Source: an uncultured Bacteroidales bacterium (GTDB lineage: Bacteria > Bacteroidota > Bacteroidia > Bacteroidales > Paludibacteraceae). Taken from it: a DNA stretch of 64,000 bases. The notes beneath the pieces were generated by a model. That model was not told the origin of the DNA. It was given only the letters and a program-made list of their open reading frames with translations, and did no database searches. A program made the translations under genes and the position numbers. The stretch lies in contig CACXCA010000005.1 of assembly GCA_902766045.1 (NCBI GenBank), forward strand, positions 1,704 through 65,703, in the 5' to 3' direction. How positions within the stretch are numbered: position 1 is the stretch's first letter; each line of letters starts with the position of its first letter. Positions 39,093 through 48,811 of this stretch are shown here, piece by piece.

Positions 39093-40082
39093 ATGAAACA
39101 AATTACATGGGTATTATTCCCTATTTTTTTATTGTTATGTTCATGTACGACAAATCCAGCAGAACATGTGTCGTCTGAGACTAATACTAAAGATTTTGCG
39201 TTAAGAAAAGGTCGTATTCATCCTTCGTTTTCTTCGGATTCTGCTTTGGCTTTCATCCAAAAACAGTGTGATTTTGGATTCCGTTTGCCTAATACGGCTG
39301 AACATGATGCATGTGGAAATTATTTAGTGCAAAAGCTAAACTCGTATGGTTGCTCGACAACTGTTCAATCTTTTACTGCAGAGGCTTTTGATGGGACGAA
39401 ATTAAAAGGCATGAATATTATAGGACAGTTTTGTCCTGAAATTGAAAAACGGGTGGTGCTATTCGCTCACTGGGATACTCGTCCGGTTTGTGACAACGAT
39501 GTTGAGTCCAACTGGCATAAACCCGTGATGGGTGCTAATGATGGTGCAAGTGGTGTCGGAGTTTTGTTGGAGGTTGTTAGACAATTACAGATGGGAGGTG
39601 ATTCGATAGGGGTTGATATTGTGTTCCTCGACTTAGAAGACTATGGTAAACCCTCATTTGATCAACAGGAGAAAAAGGATACTTGGTGTTTAGGCTCTCA
39701 GTATTTGGCTTCGCACCCGTATTACAAGTGTCGTCCTCGAATGGGAATTCTATTGGATATGGTTGGCGCCAAAAATCCATTTTTTGGTTTTGATCAAGTT
39801 TCTCTATATTTTGCGGAAAGTTATCTCCAAAAAATCTGGAGTATTGCTAAGTCATTAGGATATGCTTCTGCTTTTGTTCCAAAAGAGTCAGGCACAATTA
39901 TGGATGATCATTATTATATTAATACTGTTGCACAGATACCTACGGTAGATATCATTGATTTCAATCATGATAGGGGCTTCCCTATGACGTGGCATACCGT
40001 CAATGATACTCCGGAGAATATTCATAAGGAGACGTTGCAGATGGTCGGTGAGGTAGTGCTCAGTTTTGTAAGAGGGGAGTGA
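39093..40082 (+). CDS. Glutaminyl-peptide cyclotransferase (M28-fold QC), lipoprotein
   Basis: MKQITWVLFPIFLLLCS|C lipobox. M28/QC metal-site motifs are present: FAHWDTRP, GANDGASGVGVLLE and FLDLEDYG. The track start at 39033 (TTG) looks like an artefactual extension. Confidence 0.75.
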   Translation: MKQITWVLFPIFLLLCSCTTNPAEHVSSETNTKDFALRKGRIHPSFSSDSALAFIQKQCDFGFRLPNTAEHDACGNYLVQKLNSYGCSTTVQSFTAEAFDGTKLKGMNIIGQFCPEIEKRVVLFAHWDTRPVCDNDVESNWHKPVMGANDGASGVGVLLEVVRQLQMGGDSIGVDIVFLDLEDYGKPSFDQQEKKDTWCLGSQYLASHPYYKCRPRMGILLDMVGAKNPFFGFDQVSLYFAESYLQKIWSIAKSLGYASAFVPKESGTIMDDHYYINTVAQIPTVDIIDFNHDRGFPMTWHTVNDTPENIHKETLQMVGEVVLSFVRGE

Positions 40083-40105
40083 TATATTTATTCTGCGTGG
40101 GTTGA

Positions 40106-41344
40106 ATGGGAGAGACCGATGGAATTATAAATAGGGAGGAAAGGAAACATCTGTTTTCTAATTTCTCATGGCTTTTCCTTCTTCAGGTTGCGAGTTATCT
40201 GTTTCCGTTGATGACGATACCTTATTTGGCGAAGGTGATTGGAGCAGATGGATTAGGAAAGATTGCGGTAGCTTCTGTTGTAGCCACTTGGGTTTATACT
40301 ATCTCGGATTGGGGGTTTAAATATACGGCTACAAGAGATATGGCTCGAATTACATCGGACAAACTAGCTATGGCATCTTTGTATTCTTCTGTTATATATG
40401 CAAAGATGTTTTTGTTCTTGATGTGTTTGATAGTCATTGGATTAGCTGCCTTTTTTGTCCCTTTTCTTAGAAATGAGGCTATGCTTCTTGTCTTCTCTCT
40501 TTTGGTTGTCTTGGGTAGAATACTATTGGCAGAATGGTTTTATCAGTCGATGGGGAAGATGAAATATATAACAATCTTCAATATTTTTGTTAGAATTCTG
40601 TTTTCTCTCCTTGTCTTTCTTTTTATTACGAAAAAGGAAGATTACTATATTCAACCATTACTCCTCTCGTCCGGTTTTTTGATTTCTGGGATTTTCTCAT
40701 TTTTATTGATGTATAAGAAATGGAACATAACATTTCAAAAATCATCTTTTTTTTCGATTAAACAATTATTAAGGTCTGGGTTCCCTGTTTTTTTGTCTGG
40801 CTTTATGCCCAATTTATACAATAGTTTTTCCCAATGTTTATTGTTTTATGAGGGAGGTAGTTCAGCATCGGGACGCTATGATGTGGGCAATAAGTTTTTC
40901 ACTTTTGCCAATCAGCTACTGTCTGTTGTGTCGGTCGTCTTTTTCCCCTTTCTGTCGCAGAAGATTTCTGCGCATAGATTGTATGCGTTAATTTCGATTT
41001 CTTTATCAGTTATCTTCTCGTCGTTTTTGTTTTTCCTAGGTCCTATCATCTTTCCTTATTTTTTTTCAGGTGAGTTTGCTTCCTCTGTTGTGATTATGAA
41101 GATTTTATCTTTATCGCTTCCCTTTATGGCGATTACTTCTGTGTATGGAACTAATTATATGGTATTGAATGGCATGGAGAAACAATATTCTTGGATTGTC
41201 AGTCTGATATCACTGATTGGTTTTGCTCTTTCGTTTCCGCTGATTGCCTATTTTCATGAATGGGGGATGGCTATTTTACTATTGGGAACAAGGTTTTTAA
41301 TGGCAGTGCTGGTGTATTTTTATGCAGGAAGAAAAAATGAATAA
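40106..41344 (+). CDS. wzx: Oligosaccharide/polysaccharide flippase (Wzx, MOP superfamily)
   Basis: A 412-aa polytopic membrane protein whose N-terminus (FSNFSWLFLLQVASYLFPLMTIPYLAKVIGADGLGKIAV) is typical of the Polysacc_synt family. It sits in a glycosyltransferase cluster. Confidence 0.7.
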   Translation: MGETDGIINREERKHLFSNFSWLFLLQVASYLFPLMTIPYLAKVIGADGLGKIAVASVVATWVYTISDWGFKYTATRDMARITSDKLAMASLYSSVIYAKMFLFLMCLIVIGLAAFFVPFLRNEAMLLVFSLLVVLGRILLAEWFYQSMGKMKYITIFNIFVRILFSLLVFLFITKKEDYYIQPLLLSSGFLISGIFSFLLMYKKWNITFQKSSFFSIKQLLRSGFPVFLSGFMPNLYNSFSQCLLFYEGGSSASGRYDVGNKFFTFANQLLSVVSVVFFPFLSQKISAHRLYALISISLSVIFSSFLFFLGPIIFPYFFSGEFASSVVIMKILSLSLPFMAITSVYGTNYMVLNGMEKQYSWIVSLISLIGFALSFPLIAYFHEWGMAILLLGTRFLMAVLVYFYAGRKNE

Positions 41345-42287
41345 GATATGTCTTACAACTGTCGTTTATGGGGATTTATATTGTGATTTTATTCCTTTCT
41401 TAATCTATTCGTGTCATCAGGCTTATCCAGAGTATGATATTCTGATCTATGTTTGTGGAAAACTTCCTGAACGTATAAAAAATATGATAGCAGATCTATG
41501 TGTGCCTAATGCACATGTGTTCGAAAACTGTTTCAAAAATATTCAATCAAATCGCAAGTTGGATTATAAATGTTTGCGGTGGGTGTTATGGGATGAACGG
41601 TTTAGAAATTATGATTATTTATATGTTGTGGATGTGGATATTTTGTATTGTAGAGAACCTATTCCATTATGTGAACAGCATATTCAACACATGAAGATCA
41701 CAAATATGTGTTATGATAATATCCAACGTTCGATTAAAAGAACTCCGTTCCATTGGGTGCAGTTTTTCTCACGAATTAAGAGAGCGGGTTTTACATCTCT
41801 AGGAAAGTTTATCATGGGGAACAAATTGGAAAGAAGGGTTACTGGTTTGCATTTTGTAAATGTCAAGCAATATTTTTCAGTTTTAACTCCCCAAGTATTG
41901 AAAAAATATGAAAACGAAATTGTATCAGGAAAGTATTTAAAATACGTAATGCATTCGAGTGATGAAATTTTTTTATATCATATATTGGAAAAAGAAGGGC
42001 TGACCCCTGAACGGTTGCCAATGCAAACGGATTCTGTTACTATGCTGGATTTTGAACATGTTGATCGACTTGAATTCCGTCCCCATCATGGTTTGCATTT
42101 AGGCATTTTTAGATGTGCTGATTTGTCATCATTTAAAAAGATCTTGTTGTCTAAAACTTATGCATACTATGTCACTGAATATCAAAAATACAAAAAAGAT
42201 ATGACGTTTATGCGATTGTTGGAAAATACGAGTTCTCAGGTAAAGAAAATATTTTCAGCAATAGATGATTTTTATAGTATTGGTTAA
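41337..42287 (+). CDS. Putative glycosyltransferase (DxD-type), family unassigned
   Basis: A soluble ~316-aa protein inside the polysaccharide locus with a 'YLYVVDVDILY' DxD-like motif. The ATG at 41337 overlaps the wzx stop by 8 nt. Confidence 0.4.
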   Translation: MNKICLTTVVYGDLYCDFIPFLIYSCHQAYPEYDILIYVCGKLPERIKNMIADLCVPNAHVFENCFKNIQSNRKLDYKCLRWVLWDERFRNYDYLYVVDVDILYCREPIPLCEQHIQHMKITNMCYDNIQRSIKRTPFHWVQFFSRIKRAGFTSLGKFIMGNKLERRVTGLHFVNVKQYFSVLTPQVLKKYENEIVSGKYLKYVMHSSDEIFLYHILEKEGLTPERLPMQTDSVTMLDFEHVDRLEFRPHHGLHLGIFRCADLSSFKKILLSKTYAYYVTEYQKYKKDMTFMRLLENTSSQVKKIFSAIDDFYSIG

Positions 42288-42303
42288 TACTAAACTTAGA
42301 AAG

Positions 42304-43542
42304 ATGAAGAAAATATTAAATAACTCGGCGACCATACCTTTTATTTTTTTGTTGATATTTATATCAATGGAATTCTTGGGCGGACTCTATGTGTCTTTTT
42401 TGAGTTTTCGTCATGTTGCTGTTGTTTGTATGTTTTTATATGTAATACGACATTTTAAATCTTTGATTGTTGTAATGAAAAGAGAATCTCTTTTCTCCTT
42501 TTATATTCTCTTTTCGTACTACTTATATGTGTCACTACTAGGTGTTTTTAATGGACTTTACTACGACAATTTTGGCGTTACGTTAATTTTGGCGAGATTC
42601 CTTCCTTTTACTATTTGTTTTTTGTTTATGACTATTGTGTATGCTCATAGGAGAGATTCTATAGATATGTGTACAAATATACTTTATTTGGTTTTGATAG
42701 TAGATTCCATAATAACGATAATGCAAGGCTTAAATATAGATATAGGATGGCAAATCAGAGCGTTGCTTTCGTCAGATAATACAGCATGGGAATTAATGGA
42801 AAATAGAGACGATTCTGTTGGATGCTCAATAGTGTCAGGCTTATTCGTGTATAGTGTGGAGAATGGGTATTTTTTAGCTAGTTACGGATGTATAGTGTTC
42901 CTTTTTTTACACAAACAAAGGAAATCATATATACTTTTCATTCTCGGAGCTCTGTTGACATTCATGGCTCTTTTTTTTACGCAGCAGAGAATGGCTATGT
43001 ATGTATATATTGCCTCTTGTGTTATTTTGTCGTTTTATTTGGATAGGAAATTATCCATATTGTTTTTTACTTTTTATTTTGTCATTAATTTTGTTGGTAA
43101 TGATATTGCTTTTGATGTGGGACGTCTGGAGAATTATTATGATAATAACAGAGTTATGATGTTGGGTAATTTTTTTTCTTTCTTTCCCGAACATCTCTTT
43201 TTAGGAGATAGAACTATATACGTTGCTACGTATGGCATAACTCCACATTCTTTTTTCCTTGAAAGTTTCTTGTTGGGTGGAATTTTTGGTATGTTGATGA
43301 TGATTGCCTTTTTTGTATATATTGTTTGTCTAGTTTTTGTTAAAGGGAGATCCTGTACAAATGCTTTTGTTATATATGCTGTATCTGTTATTTCCTTTAT
43401 TATGGTGAGTATGACCCACTCATCTGGATTTCATACAGGTTTTACAATTATTATACCATTATATGTGTTTATGTTACTGACTTCTTCTGCCAAGAAGCAT
43501 GTGAATTGTATAACAAATGACCAAAATTCTCTGTCTTATTGA
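42304..43542 (+). CDS. wzy: O-antigen/EPS polymerase-like polytopic membrane protein (Wzy / O-antigen ligase family)
   Basis: There are many hydrophobic segments, a large loop with R/H residues, and it lies between wzx and the glycosyltransferases. The likely start is MKKILNN at 42304. Confidence 0.5.
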   Translation: MKKILNNSATIPFIFLLIFISMEFLGGLYVSFLSFRHVAVVCMFLYVIRHFKSLIVVMKRESLFSFYILFSYYLYVSLLGVFNGLYYDNFGVTLILARFLPFTICFLFMTIVYAHRRDSIDMCTNILYLVLIVDSIITIMQGLNIDIGWQIRALLSSDNTAWELMENRDDSVGCSIVSGLFVYSVENGYFLASYGCIVFLFLHKQRKSYILFILGALLTFMALFFTQQRMAMYVYIASCVILSFYLDRKLSILFFTFYFVINFVGNDIAFDVGRLENYYDNNRVMMLGNFFSFFPEHLFLGDRTIYVATYGITPHSFFLESFLLGGIFGMLMMIAFFVYIVCLVFVKGRSCTNAFVIYAVSVISFIMVSMTHSSGFHTGFTIIIPLYVFMLLTSSAKKHVNCITNDQNSLSY

Positions 43543-44605
43543 AAGCCTCGCTTCTGGCGGGGCAGAACGTCAGATGGTGAATTTGGCTTGTTTACTTCAA
43601 AACAATGGTTTTGAGGTATCCATTTTGTGTTATTATCAAAATGAATTCTTCCTTCCAATTATTCAACAAAAAGGAGTTAGATATGAATGTGTTTCTCATG
43701 CAAAACCTATTATTCGGAGATTGTTTGACTTGAATCGTGTTCTATATAGAGAGAAACCTGATGTTCTGATTGCTTTTATGAATACACCTTCTACTCTTGC
43801 ATGCTTATTGAAATGGATTCATCCTCAAATCAATGTTATTGTATCGGAACGAAACTACTCTGTGCAAAATGATGTTCGACAACGATTGAAATTTTTCATG
43901 TACAGATTTGCGGATCATATTGTCTCTAATTCATATACTCAGGCAATGAATATAAAGGATCGGTATAAGAATTTGTCGGACAAGTTGTGCGTTATAACCA
44001 ATTGGGTGGATGTCAAACGATTTAAAAGAGAAACGGTTAGGACGTATTGGGAGAATGAAAAACTTGGAATGACTCGTTTCCTAGTTGTGGGAAGAAGAGT
44101 GGAACAGAAAAATGTCATTCGTTTTCTAGAGGCGGTCGCACACGTTCGTCAAAGAGGATACAATTTTGTAGTGAAATGGGTAGGTCCTATTGTCGATGCT
44201 CTCTATTATGAGCAGATTCGTGAGACAATGGAAAAATTAGAATTAAACAATATCGTTCAGTTTGAAGATCCGATGGTTGATATTGTCTCCGTATATTCAT
44301 CGGCTGATGTGTTTTGCCTTCCGTCTATTTATGAAGGCACATCCAATGCGATTTGTGAAGCTATGTGTAATGGATTGCCAGTTTTGTGCGGAAATATTTG
44401 TGATAATTCACGTTGGGTGGAGGATCAAGTCAATGGGTTTTTGTTTAACCCCTATGATGTGCAGTCTATTGCTCAAGCGATGATGAACTTTATGGACTTA
44501 CCTCCAGAAAGGAAACAGGAGATCTCGGAAAGGAATATCGCATTTTCAGAAGACGTCTTTGCTCCTGAACAATTTGTCTCTAAGTATATTGCATTGATAG
44601 AATAA
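43517..44605 (+). CDS. Glycosyltransferase family 4 (GT-B, Glycos_transf_1)
   Basis: The N-terminal 'SLASGGAERQ' and the C-terminal 'PSIYEGTSNAICEAMCNGLPVL' E-x7-E region support the call. Confidence 0.8.
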   Translation: MTKILCLIESLASGGAERQMVNLACLLQNNGFEVSILCYYQNEFFLPIIQQKGVRYECVSHAKPIIRRLFDLNRVLYREKPDVLIAFMNTPSTLACLLKWIHPQINVIVSERNYSVQNDVRQRLKFFMYRFADHIVSNSYTQAMNIKDRYKNLSDKLCVITNWVDVKRFKRETVRTYWENEKLGMTRFLVVGRRVEQKNVIRFLEAVAHVRQRGYNFVVKWVGPIVDALYYEQIRETMEKLELNNIVQFEDPMVDIVSVYSSADVFCLPSIYEGTSNAICEAMCNGLPVLCGNICDNSRWVEDQVNGFLFNPYDVQSIAQAMMNFMDLPPERKQEISERNIAFSEDVFAPEQFVSKYIALIE

Positions 44606-44614
44606 AAATTTAAT

Positions 44615-45661
44615 ATGCAGAAAATAACTGTATGTGGACATTTCGGGGGGGATTCTCTGAAGCTTGATGGACAAACAATCAAAACCAAAATCATTGTTAG
44701 TGAATTAATCAAATCATATGGGGAGAAATCTATTTATAGGATTGATACATGCGGAAGAATAAATCAGTTGCTATTCCTTTTCCGTTTGGTGTATGCGGTT
44801 TTGATTTCTTCTTGCGTGATTATCTTTCCTGCACAAAATGCACTTAAAGTAGAGGCTCCATTATTGGCTTTATTAATACGTTTCTTCCGTTGCAAAATTC
44901 ATTATGTTGTAATTGGAGGTTGGCTTCCTGATTATTTGTCTCAACATCGATGTGTGAAACATGCTTTGTATTTATTTGATGGAATATATGTTGAGTTAGA
45001 TTCTATGAGACATAAATTAATGGAGATGAGCTATAAGAGTGTCTATGTTTTGCCGAATTTCAGACGGACTTTAAATTCTTTGTTGAGAAATGAAGAAAAA
45101 GAAAGTAATGAAGTACCATGTCGTTTTGTCGTGTTTTCTCGTGTGGCGAGAGAAAAGGGAATCGAAGATGCAGTTGAGGTTGTCAAAAAGTTAAATGCTG
45201 ATAAAGGAGAGAACTATTATACATTGGATATTTATGGAGAGGTAAATCCGAAACAGAAAGAATGGTTTGATGATTTAATGAGTTCGGTCCCATACTATAT
45301 AACGTATGGGGGAGCGATTCCATATCGAAGGAGTACGGAGGTTTTATCATCTTATCATATTATGTTGTTCCCAACATATTATGAAGGAGAAGGTATGGCA
45401 GGAAGTATCATAGAGGCATATGCTGCCGGATTGCCTGTTGTGGCTAGTGACTGGAAGTATAATGCAGAGGTCGTAAAAAATGGAGAAACAGGTTTCTTGT
45501 TTAAACCTCATTGCCTTGATGATTTATATAATAAAATATATTTATTATGCAACTCTCCTGGATTGTGGAGAATTATGAAGTCTAATTGCAGAAAGGAATA
45601 TCTTGGAAAATATACACCAGAATCTGCTATGAAGGTATTGTTTGATAAAATAATATTTTGA
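44615..45661 (+). CDS. Glycosyltransferase family 4 (GT-B, Glycos_transf_1)
   Basis: 'PTYYEGEGMAGSIIEAYAAGLPVVASDW...NGETGFLF' gives the E-x7-E motif region. Confidence 0.75.
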   Translation: MQKITVCGHFGGDSLKLDGQTIKTKIIVSELIKSYGEKSIYRIDTCGRINQLLFLFRLVYAVLISSCVIIFPAQNALKVEAPLLALLIRFFRCKIHYVVIGGWLPDYLSQHRCVKHALYLFDGIYVELDSMRHKLMEMSYKSVYVLPNFRRTLNSLLRNEEKESNEVPCRFVVFSRVAREKGIEDAVEVVKKLNADKGENYYTLDIYGEVNPKQKEWFDDLMSSVPYYITYGGAIPYRRSTEVLSSYHIMLFPTYYEGEGMAGSIIEAYAAGLPVVASDWKYNAEVVKNGETGFLFKPHCLDDLYNKIYLLCNSPGLWRIMKSNCRKEYLGKYTPESAMKVLFDKIIF

Positions 45662-45667
45662 TAAATT

Positions 45668-46468
45668 ATGAAATATAAATTATATAAAGGTGCATTGGTA
45701 TATGATGGGGCACCGCACGAAGAGACCAAGTTGACAAAGACGCAGTGTGTTTCTTTGTTAAAAGAATTCTCTGCATATTTTATTAGAAATGTTTATGATT
45801 TTGATTGCGATGAACAAACGTCATTTGGATATGTTATAAAGGATTCTTACGAAGATTTTGATTCTTTCTCTAAGAAAATGAAAGAACATCTGCGAAAATC
45901 TTATAAACAATTTTCTGTAAGGAAAATAAGTAAAGAAGAAATGATAAAAAATGGTTATCATATCTTAAAAGCAGCTGCAGATTCATATAATCCGCCATTA
46001 CCTATTTCTAGGGAAGAACATTTTGATCAGACAATTATGAACGCACCATCTTCTTTTGAGTATTGGGGTGTTTTTGAAAATGTAACGGGGAAAATGATTG
46101 CTTATGCTATTACTCATTGTCAGGATTCTTGTTGTTGTTATGATTCGGCGAAAGCTATACCACAATTTCGTAAATCATATTGTATGTATCCTTTAATAAT
46201 GGAGATGAATAAGTATTATTTGGATACTTTGCGTTTGAAATATGTGAGTGATGGCGCACGCTCTATTACCAATCACTCTAATATACAGCCGTTCCTTATG
46301 GAAAAGTTTCATTTTCGGAAAGCTTATTGCCATGTGCAAATATATTATGTTTGGTGGTTGAAACTTTTGGTCACAATACTTTTCCCGTTCCGATCCTTCT
46401 TTCCTACTGGTAGAATCAAAGCTCTTCTGTTTCAAGAGGAGGTGCGAAGAAATAAACTTCCATGGTAA
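45668..46468 (+). CDS. Hypothetical protein, possibly a FemAB-like/GNAT-fold acyltransferase modifying the polysaccharide
   Basis: A 266-aa soluble ORF inside the locus. The pattern '...YWGVFE..GKMIAYAI...' is weakly reminiscent of the Acetyltransf_6 family; I saw no strong motif. Confidence 0.35.
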   Translation: MKYKLYKGALVYDGAPHEETKLTKTQCVSLLKEFSAYFIRNVYDFDCDEQTSFGYVIKDSYEDFDSFSKKMKEHLRKSYKQFSVRKISKEEMIKNGYHILKAAADSYNPPLPISREEHFDQTIMNAPSSFEYWGVFENVTGKMIAYAITHCQDSCCCYDSAKAIPQFRKSYCMYPLIMEMNKYYLDTLRLKYVSDGARSITNHSNIQPFLMEKFHFRKAYCHVQIYYVWWLKLLVTILFPFRSFFPTGRIKALLFQEEVRRNKLPW

Positions 46469-46469
46469 A

Positions 46470-47450
46470 ATGATAACAATAATACTTCCACTCCTAAACG
46501 AGGAGAAATATATATCCCGATGTCTTGATTCTGTTTTGTCTCAGGATTATCCATTGCAGGAGATGGAGATCTTATTGATAGATGGTATGAGTGAGGATGA
46601 TACTCGACTTATTATTCGTGGGTATCAAGAAAAATATTCTGCAATAAAATTAATTGATAATCCATCGAGAACGGTTCCTTATGCGTTGAATATTGGCATA
46701 AGGGTTGCAATGGGTGATGTTATCATTCGGATGGATGCACATGCCGATTATCCGTCAAATTATCTTTCTTCGTTGTGTCGGCAATTATCCGCATTACAGG
46801 CTGATAATGTGGGATGCGTGTGTAAGACTGATGTGTTGCATAAAAATGCTAAAAGCTTGGCTATTCGTGAAGTGTTGTGCAATCGATTCGGCGTGGGTAA
46901 TTCAACGTTCCGTCTGGGTTGCTCAGAAGTGAAACAGGTTGATACGGTTCCGTTTGGTTGCTTCCCGAAAAAAACGTTCGATACGTATGGTTTGTTTGAT
47001 GAACGATTGTCCCGCAATCAAGATATTGAGATGAATAAGCGTATCATACGGAAAGGAGGGAAGATATTCTTGGTGCCAGATACCTATTGCACGTACTATG
47101 CAAGGGAGACATATAAAGATTTGATACATAATAATTTTTCTAATGGCATGTGGAATATCCTCACAGTTTATTATACTCGTGAATTTAATTCATTGTCAAT
47201 CAGACATTTTGTTCCTCTTGCGTTTGCACTATCAATTTTCTTTTGCCTTGCCTTCTCGCTTATTCATGTGTTGCCGTTGATTCTTCTTCTTGGTGTATAT
47301 AGTTGTTTAATTGGCATAATCTCACTTCTTTTGTCATACAAGAAAAAATTAAATTTCTTTTACTTGCTTGTGACATTCCCGATTCTACATATCAGTTATG
47401 GAATCGGATCTATGGTGGGGATGTTGCGCATATTATTTAATAGGGTATAA
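46470..47450 (+). CDS. Glycosyltransferase family 2 with C-terminal membrane segments
   Basis: 'ITIILPLLNEEKYISRCLDSVLSQDY', 'RMDAHADY' (DxH-like) and 'NQDIEMNKR' are typical of GT2. Confidence 0.8.
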   Translation: MITIILPLLNEEKYISRCLDSVLSQDYPLQEMEILLIDGMSEDDTRLIIRGYQEKYSAIKLIDNPSRTVPYALNIGIRVAMGDVIIRMDAHADYPSNYLSSLCRQLSALQADNVGCVCKTDVLHKNAKSLAIREVLCNRFGVGNSTFRLGCSEVKQVDTVPFGCFPKKTFDTYGLFDERLSRNQDIEMNKRIIRKGGKIFLVPDTYCTYYARETYKDLIHNNFSNGMWNILTVYYTREFNSLSIRHFVPLAFALSIFFCLAFSLIHVLPLILLLGVYSCLIGIISLLLSYKKKLNFFYLLVTFPILHISYGIGSMVGMLRILFNRV

Positions 47451-47460
47451 TGTGAATGAT

Positions 47461-48069
47461 ATGTATGTGAAATTTCTTTTTGATCGATTGTTTTCTTTTT
47501 TAGGATTATGCTTGATCTCATGGCTTCTTCTGTTGATAGCTCTTGTCATAAAAATATCGGATGGTGGTAGCGTCTTGTTTAAACAACAGCGTGTGGGAAA
47601 AGATGGACAACTTTTCACGATACATAAATTCCGCTCGATGGTGGATAACCATGGTGGATCGACCGTCTCTGTCGCTGGGGATAAAAGGATTACCCCTGTC
47701 GGTAAGTTTCTTCGTCGGTTTAAATTAGATGAACTGCCTGAACTATGGGATGTGTTGGTGGGGAATATGAGTTTCGTTGGACCTCGTCCGGATGTCCCTG
47801 GTTATGCTGATCGTTTGCAAGGAGAGGATCGGGAAATCCTTGCCTGGTTGCCCGGTATCACTGGTCCGGCCTCTTTGAAATATCGAAATGAGGAAGATCT
47901 ATTGGCTGCGGTGGATGATCCTGAAAGATATCACGATGATGTGATCTACCCCGATAAGGTCCGTCTGAATTTATATTATTTCCGTCATTACTCTTTTTTT
48001 ACCGATTTGAAAATTATTTTTGCGACACTTTTTCATTTCAAAATAGAGTTCGCTGGTGAACTAATATGA
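47461..48069 (+). CDS. Small monotopic phosphoglycosyl transferase (Bac_transf; PglC/WbaP C-terminal-domain type), the initiating enzyme
   Basis: 'FKQQRVGKDGQLFTIHKFRSM', 'LDELPELWDVLVGNMSFVGPRP' and 'PGITG' are present. The likely start is MYVKFLFDR at 47461. Confidence 0.85.
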   Translation: MYVKFLFDRLFSFLGLCLISWLLLLIALVIKISDGGSVLFKQQRVGKDGQLFTIHKFRSMVDNHGGSTVSVAGDKRITPVGKFLRRFKLDELPELWDVLVGNMSFVGPRPDVPGYADRLQGEDREILAWLPGITGPASLKYRNEEDLLAAVDDPERYHDDVIYPDKVRLNLYYFRHYSFFTDLKIIFATLFHFKIEFAGELI

Positions 48070-48184
48070 GATATTTTCTAGAAAATATGTAATTTTACAT
48101 TGTCATTGCGAAACTGAGTTTTTATATTCACGGCTTAAATAAAATTAATATAAATTGTGGGTTGATAAAAATACTATTCATAAT

Positions 48185-48811
48185 ATGGATTTGATTTTAA
48201 AATATTTCCCGAATATCACGGATAAGCAAAAAGAGCAATTCTCTGCATTATATGATTTATATCTTGACTGGAATAGTAAGATTAATGTAATCTCTCGTAA
48301 GGATATTGAAAATCTGTATGAGCATCATGTCCTTCATTCTCTTGCTATTGCAAAGATTATAAATTTCACACCTGGTACATCTATTATGGATGTTGGAACG
48401 GGTGGGGGCTTCCCTGCTATTCCTTTAGCAATATATTTCCCTGAATGTACGTTTCATCTGGTAGATTCTATAGGTAAAAAGATCCGTGTGGCTACGGAAG
48501 TCTCTACTGCTATTGGTTTGACAAATACTACTTTTTGTCACGAACGGGTGGAGGATGAAAAGCAGAAGTTTGATTTCGTCGTTAGCCGAGCTGTGATGCC
48601 GCTTTCTGACTTGATGCGTCTATCCCAAAAGAATATATCGGTGAAAAATCAGAAAAATGCATTGCCCAATGGCGTGATTTGTCTGAAAGGAGGAGAACTT
48701 CAGAATGAGGTTCTGCCGTACAAGAATCGTGCCTCCTTGTTCGATATAAAAGATTTCTTTCAAGAGGAATATTTCCAGACAAAAAAGGCCGTTTATGTGC
48801 CAGTATGCTAA
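48185..48811 (+). CDS. rsmG: 16S rRNA (guanine527-N7)-methyltransferase RsmG
   Basis: 'LYLDWNSKINVISRKDIENLYEHHVLHSL' and the SAM motif 'DVGTGGGFPAIPLAI' support this. The likely start is MDLILKY at 48185. Confidence 0.85.
   Translation: MDLILKYFPNITDKQKEQFSALYDLYLDWNSKINVISRKDIENLYEHHVLHSLAIAKIINFTPGTSIMDVGTGGGFPAIPLAIYFPECTFHLVDSIGKKIRVATEVSTAIGLTNTTFCHERVEDEKQKFDFVVSRAVMPLSDLMRLSQKNISVKNQKNALPNGVICLKGGELQNEVLPYKNRASLFDIKDFFQEEYFQTKKAVYVPVC

Noticed and set aside
48071-48088. Perfect 18-bp AT-rich palindrome ATATTTTCTAGAAAATAT right after the phosphoglycosyl transferase stop
   Set aside because: It could be an operator or a weak terminator. However, AT-rich palindromes of this size arise easily in ~30% GC spacer DNA, and there is no second copy or supporting context in the window.
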